Counted from the stretch's first letter, positions 48,961 through 62,710 are shown. The stretch is 64,000 bases of DNA from Catajapyx aquilonaris (GCA_000934665.2 KZ538130.1:1-64000); one strand, 5' to 3'. Program-made: numbers and translations. The notes: generated by a model from the letters alone, not told the origin.

Positions 48961-49504
48961 TACAGGGTGATCCAACTCTGTGGCACCAACAGTTATTGGA
49001 AAAATCAACAAGCTGCTTGTTTATAAGCAGGTCGTTGCTAAGAGATCAATAAGAGTTACTTTCTGGAGAATCGGGAATAGCACCTGCTGATATTAGGTCC
49101 AATGCCCATGTAACAATATTAATGAGGGAAAAAAGGATCATCCGTGGGAAACAGGCTGTTCTGGTGTTCGCTGGAGGGTTTCACATGAGGTCACTAGCTG
49201 CCAAACCAAAGGTCTAATCCGTCGGAACTGGACAGACCCGGGTGTGTCAATAAATAGGCCTTCTGGTCTGTTCATTGTTGGTCGCTGTTGGCAAAACTGA
49301 GACAGGTCAACAGGCAGCGTTGTTTAGTTACCAGCAAGTAAAATATTATTGTTACATGGCCATTGGACCTAATATCAGCAGGTGCTATTCCCGATTCTCC
49401 AGAAAGAGCCAGAAAGCATCTCTTAGCAACGACTTGCTTATAAACAAGCAGCTTGCGCGATTTTTTCAGTAACTACTGGTGCCATAGAGTTGGATCACCC
49501 TGTA
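48961..49504. mobile_element. Tc1/mariner-type MITE with long (about 160 bp) TIRs
   Basis: tacagggtgatccaactct.. and ..agagttggatcaccctgta, with TA ends. Confidence 0.85.
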
Positions 49505-50198
49505 TTTGTGCTTACAGGTGTTTGTATTGCTAAATTTGGATTTTTATTGGTTCCTCTATTTAGACGCAATAAGATTATAAGAAATATTGGCTACGCTTTC
49601 ACATCAGGAGACCACGTAATTTTACCTACTTTCCTAGGCATGTATCAGCTGAAGGATAGGCGTATATCCATCGGGAAGGAAGGTTAGGTCATGGGGTAGG
49701 TTCCCCTACCTTTGCCACATTCGGTCTCCCATTACGAATGTCCGGAAATATCACACCTGGGGTATTAGACTTGAAGATTTACATGATTAAATCTATGAAA
49801 ATACCGTTCTCACTGATTTCATAAGTTAATGTATTAAGTTCATAAGAAAAATTAATTAATGGAATCAATCCGCAGAAAGTAGCTGTAGGCCTAGATATTT
49901 TGAGACCTCTTTTACACGTGTTGTGTGAACTCACTTTCAATATACGTAATCCCAGATAATTAATTAGGAGTTTCCAATTAATAGCTCAAAACTCAAACAG
50001 AGTCGCTTTACCAGTTTCAAACTCGGAGAAATTCAGTTTGATTTTTATGAGACCAAAAGGGCAAAAGTTATTGTTAGAGGTCGCGAAATTTTCATACTAG
50101 GAATTGATACTGTATGCTCAATATTAATCTTTGCACGTGTAATTATTTTCAAGATACTATATATCAAGAGGAGATTCATTTACAGTGAAAAGGACTAA

Positions 50199-50323
50199 GG
50201 GCCGGTTTCACCGAGCTCAGTATATGATAAAACCAGGGTATTTCTCAAAATCCCTATCTATTTGTATGGATTTTCCTAAAGAACCCTGGTTTTATCATAT
50301 ACTGAGCTCGGTGAAACCGGCCC
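50199..50323. mobile_element. PIF/Harbinger-type MITE
   Basis: 41-bp perfect TIR starting gggccggtttcacc, TAA TSD. Confidence 0.85.
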
Positions 50324-52343
50324 TAAGAGAAGAAGCAATTTACTTCAAGGTTTTGGGATATAAATCCTTGCTTTTCACAGTGCTTGAAGTCTAAAACCGC
50401 TCTTACCTGGTGCTCTCATAAAATTCATCTGGCACAATATTCTTCCTGAAAAGCCATATCTACACAGCTCAGTATTTACCCTGCGCAGAGACTAAGCCCT
50501 TTTGTGAGTTTTTAATTCCACTCTTCTCATTTCACAACTCTAGAAATGATGATGTAAGAATGAGGTAACCATTAGGTCACTTGTAGAATTTTAAAATAAC
50601 CGCTTAGACTCCGTGAGAAAAAAATCAATGGCAACCGCTACTCTTGATATATGCTATACAACAAACTATCATTGAAATACCGGGAGCGACACATTTCCGA
50701 AGCCGATCTAAAGGTATCATTACTGTGGCCCTTATAGTCCGGGCCCTAAGAGCAAAAATCAGGCCTAACCTTGCACTTTGTGATAAGAAGGTACCACTGG
50801 GCACCTACGTTCCTTAGGCGTATATGAGCAATTCCAGAGTTGCAGGCAACTGATCGGCCCCTTAGGTCACGAGTTATGCGGTGTTGCCAACATGGCCTGG
50901 GATGACCTGAGCTAAATACGACGAATTTCACTAAGCAGTATTACGATCATATATTACTACAGTATGGGTCTGATTCAGTTGTGTAACATCTTTAAATCTA
51001 AATTATGAAAATTGCACCGAGTCAGTGTCTAGTTCATACCCTGTCAATCCAGCCGGCTCACGTCACGGTCAGTGCATTATTTTGTAATCCGAATGAATCT
51101 GTACTCACCCAGTAATACCAGAACCAAAATAGAATGACGACTGCGGTTTTGCAAATTCGCATTTGAATGTTGCAGCCAAGAGAGCACCATCCATTCAGAA
51201 TTTGATCACTTAATAAGTAATTACCTCCCCGAGCCAGCTTGGCGTATATCTTTTCCCTCCTGGCCCGCAAATCTAAACGTTCCTCCTTAAATGAATGGTT
51301 GAGTCGATCAGTGTTAGTCTCAGGGGGTGGCAAATGCGACACAACAAAGTGCAGTGGTGGTGAGGGTGACAAATCGTTCCGTTTGCCTCAATCAATTAGC
51401 TAGCCAGTTCCCAACAAAGCAGCATTCGGTTATATGGGAAGCCCAACGGAGATTTCAGACTCTGGAAACTCCATTGGAAAAAATGGCGTCGTACTGGTGG
51501 TGCCACTGGTGGCAAAACAGCAAATGAATGATGAATGAGTTATACGTGTGCAGTAAAGCCTTGGCGTACGATTGCATCCGACCAACTCATTCCATTGACG
51601 AGTCGAAATAAGTGCTCATCTGGGAATGATTGGCGTTAATGTAGATTGAAAGAGGGTGACCCTCGACTGATTCTTTCCTCTTGTCCCTCGCGGGGGCCAC
51701 TTGTTGGGAGCCTGTCACTGACCGTGACATGTGTAGCCATCGTCACGGTCTGTGAGCCAGATATTATGGATGGCTCCAAGAAACATCAGATCAAAGGGGG
51801 AAAAAATTAGGGACGACCCTTCCAACCTTCCTGGTAACCTTTTCAACTATTGCGGTCATCACACCGAGGCATCAAAGAGAATAATTGGTTTTCATCGTCG
51901 CCCTCGTTTGTCAACGTTTTTCGAAGCGCAAATCACAGAATGAATCTCTGCGGGCAAATTGCAATCATCGCTCTGCAGCCATTCCACCCGCCACTTACAC
52001 GTGGCCTCAATCCCTCTCCAAGAGTACCTAAAACCCAGCAATACGGTATGACTCTTTAATATTCGCTTATTAAATCTGCATTTTGTGCTCTGATGACAAG
52101 AAAGGTGCTCTAATTTCATTTTGGAGCCTGCACTGGGACTAATGCTTCAACAGGGGAATCTTTCATATTTTGGCCACATTGTTCACACGGGTTGAAAGAC
52201 TTGTAAATCAGACAGGCTAAACCTGATTTGCTACTCTGGCTGGCTTGCGATTTGATTTGGAGGATGCTGAGAACAGGCGGAGATGCAACTGTCAGCAGCT
52301 TTGTCACCCGATGGCTACCAGTTGAGCGTGTCTGAAACCCTTC

Positions 52344-52415
52344 GACCCCTGCTGGGAATTGAACCCAGGTCTACACTCTGTGCGAGTGTGTGTTCTGCCA
52401 CTAAACTACAGGGGT
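52344..52415 (-). pseudogene. tRNA-like sequence (SINE head or tRNA pseudogene)
   Basis: Acceptor-like stem cccctg/cagggg, A box TAGTTTAGTGG, B box GGTTCAATTCC. The anticodon loop is non-canonical (no U33). Confidence 0.55.
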
Positions 52416-53547
52416 TATGAGGTTCACTTCCTGCCACCCGTCCTCTTTTGTTTTTGGCCAGCAGAAGACGACAGATGAAAGCGGACAATAATGCATTTTG
52501 TAATCGATTTAGAATTCCCTGCAGAAGCATTTTGTCCCACGTTATTAGGATGTGCTGTTCAAATGGACTAAAAGTGTGGTTGGGTTGCATTTGCGTTGAT
52601 GTAACGAACTAGTCAGTTCAAGGTCTTACCTTTGTCGTCCTGCAAAAAAAAAATGCCAAATATTTGTTCATCAGCCCTAAATGGCAAGCATGTGATGTTA
52701 TTCCCACACTGCCTACAAATGAGAGTAATTTCCTAACCGATCGCATATAATGATGATAATATCGTTGTGAAAATACCGATCCTGGGAATAAGACACCCAC
52801 ACTGCGAATTACGCCTCCTGAATTGCAAATACGGAACAGCACTAATTAACCAATTAAAAACGGGGCATAGTGCTTGACACTCTCCAGTGCAAAATTCCAC
52901 TGGCTACAAAAAAAAATGATAATATTCGCTGCAGCGTGTCTCGCCGATTAAATTCAGTAGATCCCATCCCCTAGCCTCGGGAGACATAAGCAACTTTTAT
53001 TTGCACTACTGTACTAATTATCCTTCAAGTTCCACATCATCTCATCCAATAAAAATCAGCTAAATTCCCTGCATAAACCCGGCTTTTGTAAATGGAGCTC
53101 GGTTACAATGGCACCAACAGTATAAAAGATTTTTCTGCCGAACCAGCAGGTCGAATTTACAGTACCTTCCCAACCGCATGTTCAATATCAAGTCCCGTGA
53201 TAACTGCCGAAATATCCGCCATTATTTTAAAGTAGGTAACTGCACCACTGCACCGTCTCGCCAAAAAAAAATCCAACAATGCATTCCCGATTCGTAATTC
53301 ATAAAATGGGACGTTACCTTTGAAAAACCTATACGCGAACAAATATGTGGAGCGACATTTTGCACACAAAAAAAAGTCACGATTTAGTCTGTCTATCTGC
53401 GTTTTTTTTTATCTAGGTTTTTCAAAAAGTCACATTTGTGCATGTGAGTATCTGAGCGGTTCGAATCGCGCGCGCATCGGACGTGCCAAGTGGCGCCACA
53501 CATGTGTCCGTTAGCGACCGTTAGAAACGGGTAGGAAAGGGACTCAC

Positions 53548-53627
53548 CGTTACCAGAAGCTGTTGGTCACTACACTACTGCTTCTTGTGGGTTGAATGTC
53601 TGCTCTGACTGCTGCCGGCGACGGACT
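53548..53627 (-). promoter_or_regulatory. Candidate GluCl core promoter and non-coding first exon
   Basis: On the minus strand there is a TCAGTC initiator-like motif (53629-53624), AGACA at +27 to +31 (one base off DPE spacing), a GC box near 53670, CCAAT motifs near 53785-53870 and a strong donor ACG|gtgagt at 53547. The ATG exon at 44332 is preceded by a polypyrimidine tract and AG, so an upstream exon is expected. Confidence 0.4.
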
Positions 53628-55323
53628 GAAGCATAACGGAGGTGGATGTGTCCACTTTTTTACCCCTGCCCCGCCCACATCCCCCCTCTCGATTCAATGC
53701 ACCCCCCACCACTATGAACATCTCTTTCCTCAGCCTCCACTGCGCCTGTTGCCAACACGCACATGTCTGCACTTGCCTATCAATTGGTCACGCCTCTTTC
53801 CACGACTTATCTGAGGAGGATTGTTGCGCAATCTGGTTCTATAGGACCAATTGGGAGGCCAAACAAATTGGCCAAATACTTCTAAGAAAAGTGGGCATAC
53901 TAATGGTTATGATTGCTAATAGAGCTCTTAAAATAGGCTCGATTTTTTGGAGTGTACAGGATATGAACTGAAGCCCAGGTTAAGTGAAACACATTTGAGG
54001 ATAAGCAGCGTTCTAATACCAGGAAACTCTCAGCCAAGCGCGGAGCATCAGGAACGTTGGTGAACCATGCACTAAGTAACTTTCCATTTTTGCTAGGCAC
54101 ACAGTTTTGAGTTAAGCTTGTCATCCTAACCGGTGCAGGTCCAACTTTATGACGATGCTGTTTTTTTAAAGGAATTTTGTCGCTGGTTTTATAGGGCAGT
54201 CGTTGAAAATTCCAAAATAAAGGTGAACGATTTGACAAGCAAAATCTTCGCCTAGGCTACGTAACCCAAGTAACCAATATTGTTTGAGACAAAAATCGAT
54301 TGTTAATTTCTGCCTCTGCGAAGATTTCCCTTGTCAAATCGCTCACATGTAAACGCATACATTGTTGTATGAGTCGCTGATATCTACGACCAAACTAAAA
54401 TCATACACAATACCGGCAACATTGCATTGTTGAAACCAGCTGTTTTTTTCCTCTCCATATGACCTCGTTCTTGAAAACTGTAAATCGTTTTGGCTCCCCC
54501 CATACTGTTTGACTTTTACATGGAAATGGTTTTGTACAATGTAACTTTGAGGGGACTGACATCAACATTACCATATCCGATTTTTTCCCCCCCACCGCCG
54601 GCACTTCAATCAATTCAAGCAGGCAGAGTACCGCGTCATAATCTTCATCCACTCATTTCAGCTAAACCCCAAATTAATGAATAATCCATGGAATTTAAGG
54701 TCATGTACTCACACTAATGACGCTTAATAAGTGTAGCGAAACCAAAACCAGCGGAAAACGTTTCGATTCATTACTCTACAACCCTTGTAACGGCCGTTAC
54801 TTGCGCATTTTTTTTAGTTCAACAGGTCATTTGAAACTTCTCCTACACCCTTATCTCCTAATAAGTATGGTGCAACAAAAATGATTTCTAGGCAATATTG
54901 CTTTTATATGCCTATTGATTACAGGCTATCTACTTACGATAGCCAGCGGTTGAGTGATCGGGTGCTCCTGTTTAACAATAGTTCATACATCTTGTACAAG
55001 GATGGATCACATGCACAGTTGCGAATAGAGTGCACAGGCTTTTTTTGTGGGGCTTCCGTACCAAGCTTCAAAGCGACAATAGAGCTAGTAGAAATGCGAA
55101 CACGGACCCCCCCCCCCNCTCCTCACAATGTCCAAAACAGTTGCCGCGAGGGCATGAAAGATACAGGGATAGAGTGAAGCGACGAGATCAAGGCGAGGAT
55201 GTAATGTTTACTGTTACTGTAGGTGCTTTTACACTAAAGGTTCTAAACGGGGTCGAGATTCGGTCACGTACAGCACTGAAGTGTTAAGCAAATTCAAACG
55301 GAGTTTTACAATAAATGAATAAA

Positions 55324-55632
55324 TTTATATAAATAAAGCCGTTTGTGAGTCTGTCTGTCTGTCTGTCTGTCCGCCTGACAACCGTCATTTGCCTTCCATC
55401 TGTGCTCCACCCCCAGGCCGGGAGATGATGGAGGTGTTGGGGGTTGACTACAGATGGCAGGCAAATGACGGTTGCCGTTATACAGGCGGGATAGTTTGAA
55501 GGTGGGGTAGCAGGACCACAAATGGCATTGGTGGGGGGACACACAGAACGACAGACAGTTGACGGGGCTGGAACTGGCAGGTGTTTTCCCTTCATTCATT
55601 TCTTCCCGGGCAACGCCGGGTGCCGCAGCTAG
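55324..55632 (+). mobile_element. Non-autonomous Helitron-like element
   Basis: (CTGT)n near the 5' end, 3' hairpin cccgg-gcaacg-ccggg followed by CTAG|T. A second copy lies at 2605-2872. Confidence 0.8.
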
Positions 55633-55675
55633 TAGGAAATAACTCTATAGCTGAAACCATTTGTCAAGTAGCCTG

Positions 55676-55892
55676 TACAGTCGGCTCAAGGAGTATGTTA
55701 CCAGACCCCTAACCTAGAAATTAGCCTCCAACAGAGGTGCTGCCTAGGGGAGTGAGATTTATTGTATCTTTGGGAAGAACAGAGGTGCTGCTTCCCAAAG
55801 ATACAATAAATCTCACTCCACTAGGCAGCACCTCTGTTGGAGGCTAATTTCTAGGTTAGGGGTCTGGTAACATACTCCTTGAGCAGACTGTA
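55676..55892. mobile_element. Foldback MITE with about 100-bp arms and TA ends
   Basis: Near-perfect palindrome tacagtcggctcaaggag.. and ..ctccttgagcagactgta. Confidence 0.88.
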
Positions 55893-58800
55893 CTGTAATA
55901 CTCTGCATAATTGCGGCATGTGTTATCATGGTATAGATTCCAAGTGCTGCTTGATGCTTTTAAAGGTCATTTTAAAATAAAATGCCGTCAACTGGGCGAA
56001 AAAAGGTTTCATCCTATTATTACTTGATGAACAGGATGTTTGGCAAAATAGTTAGAGAACGTCATTATCGATCGCGACTATTTGAGGAGAAGCTACAATT
56101 TCCTCGCGATGATACACTCAACAATTACACAACCACTTAAGACAATACTGCACCTAATATGCCTCACTAGTTTCCTCAAAGCTATATTTGGTGTATTGCA
56201 CTCAATAAGAGCAAGATAGCTCTGAAATAGAGACGTGGGTGTGAAGAGTGGAGGTCTCCGTGGTGAATAATTGAGTCTGAGCTTCCGAGTATCGCAGGCA
56301 TGATGCTGTTGTCTACACCCCGCAAAAGGGCACGTTCGGCACAACGTATAGGACGGGTGCTCAAAACAATATCGATTTCAGCCTCTGTGGGTATAGTCGG
56401 TATATAAAAGGGAAAAAGGGAGTAGGTGGGGAGGATAGGAAATTCGGTGCGAAAAGCGCGCTTCGCTTTTCTATTCTAGCCAGCAATAACCTGCCCCGCT
56501 TTTTATCCTGATACACTCGTCCTAAATTGTACATTGCATCTAAACCGACCTGCACTTATTATGGGACATACTTATGTTTGCTTGTCACCCAGCACAAAGG
56601 GTATCGAAAGCGAATCAGGGATATCCTGAAGGATAGGCCACTTGCACTACCTCCCGGTAGTCTATCTGAAAAGTTGGCGCTGCGAGGTGGTGGCCTATCC
56701 ATCAAAATAAACCTGAGGTCTATTGTACTGTACGAAATAGTATTTTCTCCCACACCCGGTTGGTAGAAAGATTTACAGTAGATTAAGGCTAGACCTCTTG
56801 TTTTTTTTGTTTTTTTCCGGGGGGGGGGGGGTACTGTTGAGAAGGCCAACTTTATTCTTGTGGCCTCTTGCTTCGCGGAAAATTGTTTTTGAATTTCACC
56901 CTGGAGAATATTGGGAGTGCTGTTTAACATTTCTTGCACGCACGTCGCTTTCGTGGTGGGAGAAAATGGGAGGGGGGTGGGGTGGAGGAAGAAAGTGGTG
57001 CATCAACGATGCAATACAAAATGTGCTTCCTACAAGAACTATACGTTTTACCATGCAAAGTTCGATTTTGCGGCGGAACCGAACCTTAGGAAAGAATGGC
57101 TAGATGCAGTGTAGGTCCTGTAGCTCGGGCAAAGGAATATTTGGAGTTCACTCTACTAAAAGAAAATTTGATTCATGGAAGGCCATGTTTTCAAACACTT
57201 TTTTAGAAATTCTATTATAGTAAGCTCACATGGGCGGTAGTGTAGTGGTTCAGGCCAAACCACTCATGAGGTTCAATCCCCGGCTTGGAGAGGGAGGTTT
57301 TATTCATGTGGAAAGAGTTTCGATACATTCTCTCAATATCATTACCTACCGTACCATTCCACACAAAAATACCGTGTCTATCGAAACATTTTTCGAACCG
57401 TGCGTGGTACCAGAATCTGCAAGTCCACATCGAGCACTCTCGCCACTAAAGTCTATTATTTCGTCCTTTGGTCACTCAATGAAAGGCCTGGACCATTGTA
57501 TGGGCTGTTTGGAAAGTGCTCAAAGTTTTTCCACACGAATTGTTATAGAATGACTCACAACAACGCAAATGCCAGTCCGTTACTGAAAGTGTCGTAAAGT
57601 TCAAAACAACACTCAAATACACATAATAAAATGATCTTCACTTGTATTGCCCCCTATACAGAAACTATTTAGCAGGGTATAATGTAAAGGGCAATCAAGA
57701 TGCGAAAAAATAGGCTTAGCGGCAAACACTGGCTTACAAAAAAAATACTTTGATCAGCCTGATGCTTGTCTCCAGCAGTGTATAAACTGCAGTATATACA
57801 GCATATATGCCATCATGTATCTCTGTTGATTTTTGAGGGAAATGCTCTTAAATGTTTTTATGTCCAATATATTGTCCAAGCTCTGTTTACTTTTATAATG
57901 GACCTGTGTAGTGTGTACTAAATAATTATCGAAATACTCAGTAAAACACGCCTCCGTTAAAGTATAGCTTACTGGATAATTCCCTTTCCAGATTGGGAAA
58001 TACCATATCTGCCAAATTCCCAAAGGCAAACCAATAATATACGTAAAGGTCCCATTTTACAAGAACTGCGGAATTACGCCTCAGCCACTAAAAAAGCTGG
58101 ATATAAAAACCTATGAGTTTCAGCATCCACTTTAGCAAATCTCTGGTTACCCGTTCAAGGACGAGTAGTCCACAGATTCCGGTAATCACTCAATAGAGCG
58201 CAGTATACTTGAGAACTGTCGAGAAACAGGACTTATAAATGCATGAATAAATTTAGAAATTCTGTTTCGTAACCACCAATTTAGTTAATCAACCCGTGCC
58301 TATATCCACTGAGATTTACTCAACGCCTTCCCAGACCTAGTTACCCTCACCCCATAATTATTGAGCAAACCCCCTTACAAAGATCGTTTCTATAGTAAAT
58401 ACCGCTAGCTCTACTTTGCCGAAACATAATATAAAACTACCTACCATTTAATCAGTCTAATCAACTAAATAGCGCCGCACTTTGTAAACGTGTTCCCAAT
58501 TACTACAACAATATCCCAACATTGCTTTTTTCGACTTCTCTCATGCGGGGCTGTAATTAGGTGCCAGTGCAACAAACTGCGCGTTAACAACTTTCACGCA
58601 AATGAAACACTCTTACAGCTAGTGGAAAACCTGTTCATTTTCCATGGCCCTGAATATTTGTTGATTCTACGGTAGAAGCTCCTCAATAAAAACCGCAACG
58701 CATGATGGAGTAGCCAATCAAAATGCTGATAAAACGAATCTTCCACATTACTCGTCCACCTGATGTTGAGTGGTTTTAGTATGACCGAAGTGTGGTCAAA

Positions 58801-60067
58801 TTACACGAATATGATATTCATTAGACCATATGTCGTGCATCCCGATCAGCCGAAAGGGCCGAAGATAACAAGATTGATAAGGATATGACCACATGAGATA
58901 TGTACGGTATTCGCATCGCTGATTTTTGTTCTGCATAGAAATAAGTATCCAATTTCCCTTCCGGAATTCGGATTCATTCCTATATAGATATATGATCAAA
59001 CCCAACATCCCAACCGACATTTCCGCAAAGAACGTCAAGAAGACCAAATATTTGTCGACGGATCAGCCAAGCCAGTGGGGGTCGCTCAGCCTTGACATGT
59101 ACTCTATACGTAACGGCCATTTATCCACACTGGCGTCTTCTTAAAACGACAGGTTCTTCACTGGAATCACGGTCTGCTGAGAGAGAAGGTCCTCCCTCAA
59201 CAGGCCGTACACTGGAATCACCTACAACCCTGTACTTGTTGTTGTTGTTTTTTTGGGGGGGAGGGGGGGCTCCCAATTTCAAAGGGCAGCAAACGCATTC
59301 CTGGAGCTCAAATGACACATAAATGACACGGTGCACGTTTTGTCCACCTTTTTTTTGACGTGGGGACAGAGGCGACTGGGTAGCTCGAATGAAAATGTTG
59401 TGTCCAATCGCTGTTGTTTTGTGTGCTGTTGGTACTTGTGAGCCGTGGCAGGCAATCAAGCAAGGGGATGGGATTCATTTCCGACCGGGGCTAGAGATGG
59501 AAGGTAATCTAGGGAGCTCCATCCCAGACTGGCCAAAGTGCCCCAGTGGTCACCGGGGTCGAAATGCCCTCATCAGAGGAGGCCCCGACGCTATTCAGCC
59601 TTGCCCCCTACTGCTTAACCCCCTCTCTACTACCCCCCCTTTTCCGCTAATCTGTTGATCGCAGCTCGCCGCTCGGCCCCCGGAATTTCATAAACTATAT
59701 TACCGCAATGGAAGTTCCCTTGCCCCNGTTCCCCCCTCCCCTTTCCAACCGGCTGTTTTGTGGTGGAACGTGGGCAGAGAGAAGCGAAACAAGTTCATTT
59801 GCGTAGTCTCGTTCGCTAAACCTCGGCCTTATAATGCGCTCGTCGATACCTGATGGATACACACACATCAGTGATCCGTAAATTCTTACCCTTCACGCTC
59901 TCTTCAAGGTGAAAAAGATACGCTACGGGGTCGAATTTTCGCATTTTCGACCCATGTATTTTTAACAATCTGGATGTGTTCTATAGAGCATGTAAATGTA
60001 AACATTAAGTAAACTTACTAATGAAATATGACTTAATTTTTGGCAGGGGATTACGCAGAGTGAATGG

Positions 60068-60313
60068 ACTGGCGGGCGGGAGGCGGCAGGGTGAGTAGCG
60101 GCTGGGGGCAGCTTGGCTGTGTCGCAAAGGCAAGGATGCAAGGATTGATTTTTTGGATTTTGGAAGTGGTATGCTGTACTAACCAAGCCTAACCTTCCTC
60201 CCTTGCGGATACAAACCTATCTTCAGCGGATACACGCCTATCCTTTATCCTTGCCTTTGCGACGCAGCCCGCTGCCCCACCGACTACTACCCTCCCGCCT
60301 CCCGCACGCCAGT
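60068..60313. mobile_element. GC-rich TIR element with internal CCTAACCT motif
   Basis: actggcgggcgggaggcgg.. and ..ccgcctcccgcacgccagt. A related fragment lies near 49648-49690. Confidence 0.6.
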
Positions 60314-61148
60314 AAGGGCAACTGTATCCGTATACAATAACGAAGGACACAAGCACGATACGTCGTAAGTTACGACATGCTACATTATTGTACAGAGCTG
60401 GCTTTCATAAAAAGCTAGGTGGCCGTCGTCATGTTACATGATGTAAAATGGAGTTACAAACAGAACGGATATCTGCATAGTCTATATGGTCACATCGTCT
60501 AAAAATAGGGCGAAAAATACATTTAGGTCCGTTTCCGACTCAATAACGCTTTGACGACATCGCTTCAATTGCATTTACAGTAAAATTCTATTCCAGATTG
60601 GGAGGGCAGAGGAAGCTGAAGCATGCCCGAGGCTAAAACGTTTCCCAAGGAAGCGTTTTAGCTTCAGGCAATTGCGATTTATCCAGACTATACTCCTCCA
60701 AGAACGTCCAATTTCAGAAAAAAACTGATTATTTTAACATGTACATATCCGCAATATATTACGTAGATTCTGGCTCTACACAGCCCTTGTTAAAATCATG
60801 TGGCAACAGAATTGACCAAACGGTTTTTTTGACATTACAAAATCCGAAACCACTTTAAGCGCCACCCAGTATTGAATTAATGCAATGACGCATGGAAGCA
60901 ACAGGCGCGCAGTTGTCGATTAGAAAATAGTAATTTTCCCACTCAACAGGCTCAATATTATGTAACGCACATATTGACCGCCGCCGTACACACTCACATT
61001 GACTTCTTCATTGGCAGGCATTTACAATAATTAGATCCTGATAAATGTAATTTGGTTTACCCCCTAATCACAAATGCCTGAATATTATTGACAGATTTCG
61101 ACATAATGGGTTGAATTTTCGTCCCACGGCTAGTTAGTATTGTTACTG

Positions 61149-61370
61149 GTAAGGTGAAGTGGGGTAAGTGCATACACGGGGTAAGTGCATAAACAGGCCG
61201 CCATATTGGAATGAAAATGGCTGACGACACCAAAACGCATCATGCACTCTTCGTGTAGCTGCACATAACATCCCCGGACGCGTTTTGGTGTCGTCAGCCA
61301 TTTTCATTCCAATATGTTCATTCCGTTTATGCACTTACCCCGTGTATGCACTTACCCCACTTCACCTTAC
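61149..61370. mobile_element. MITE with 46-bp TIRs and an inner inverted repeat, abutting a SINE
   Basis: gtaaggtgaagtggggtaagtgcatacacggggtaagtgcataaac and its exact reverse complement. Confidence 0.85.
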
Positions 61371-61381
61371 TGCTAAGTTAG

Positions 61382-61648
61382 CACCGAAGCAGTTTGGAGA
61401 AGGGGATATGGTGTCCGACTGCTAATCGGGAGGTCCTGGGATCAAATCCCGGGGCCGGCAACTCTGACCGTTGTTTTCTGTGGTTTCCCACGGTCCTTCC
61501 AGGAAAATTCCGGAGTTGCTTCCGTAATTAATAGGCCACAGCCGCTTCCTTCCGTCCCTATCCTATCCCAAAAAGCAAAGAGTTCCAGGAAAAACAAACT
61601 TCCCCCCTAAAGAGCCGAAAAAGGCTGATAACGGGATATGAATTATTA
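61382..61648 (+). mobile_element. SINE family 1, tail type B
   Basis: Head and core related to the 6747 copy. TSD ttactgctaagttagca at 61367-61383 and 61649-61665. Confidence 0.9.
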
Positions 61649-62450
61649 TTACTGCTAAGTTAGCAGTAACTAGCAGTGGGACCAAAATGTTACCAGCACA
61701 GCAACCGCTCTCTCCAACACCCAATCCCTCCTTTCAAGTCTATTTAAAAAAAAAAATATTCTCACTAAGCTGGGCTGGTATTTCGTAACCTGATAATCCC
61801 TGAGGTAATTCCTCATAGAAATCGGGGAGCGGGTGGTTTTAGAAACCGGGGCGCTGTGGGATGGATTGCTGCAGAAACTCGTCGTATTAAGAGATCTACG
61901 CGTCTGACTGATACGGCTCAAGGCTATGGGTCTGAATGTCCTTAGGTTAGGGCACAGATGTCTGACGAAGATTTTTTATCAGTAGCAAGAAAGTGCCCTT
62001 GAAGTTTGACCTTTCATGGGCTTAACCGCAACCTTCAACCGGGAGCTGTTTCCAGGTGCGGTATAACCTCATCCTTGACATCCCGCAACCCAAACGTCTC
62101 TCTTGTTCAACGGGTAGTGTACATGACAGGGGCAAACTCGACACTGTTGTCACATTTTTTTGTTACATAAGGGATCAGGTGTCTAATTAGGAGGTATCGC
62201 AATTAATTTGACTAGAGGTGAAAATCGTGGAGGGAAAGTTTAGCAACACAATTCTGCAGCCCTGAGGGTGTTTCGTGTTTTCCATCAGCTGCCAGTAAAT
62301 CTATCGATCGGAACCTTTTTATATGATATTTGCGCTACTAAATCAAACAAAAATAGGTAGAACGTTACACCTGTAGAGCTCATTAAAAACGGGGATGTCC
62401 ATTTCTGTTCAGATTTTTAGTCTCACCCAGCTATTGGCGAGAAGAGAAAT

Positions 62451-62680
62451 TACCGTCTAACGGGATGAGATTGTACCTGGTGGGGTGAGATTGTGCCAGC
62501 GCATTTTTTAATAACAGTGGTAGCAGGCGTAAACTTGCGAATTTAGCAATGTTCACTGCATTGAGAGATGGTCAAGGTTGGCAATGACGAGTAAAATTCG
62601 TGGTAGGGCGAACTGTTGTCTAATAAATGCGCTGGCACAATCTCATCCCACCTGGCACAATCTCACGCCAATTGACGGTA
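62451..62680. mobile_element. MITE with TA ends
   Basis: taccgtc..gagattgtgccagcgcattt and aaatgcgctggcacaatctc..gacggta. Confidence 0.75.
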
Positions 62681-62710
62681 TAGCATTTTTCTGCTTTAGC
62701 TAGAATTGGA

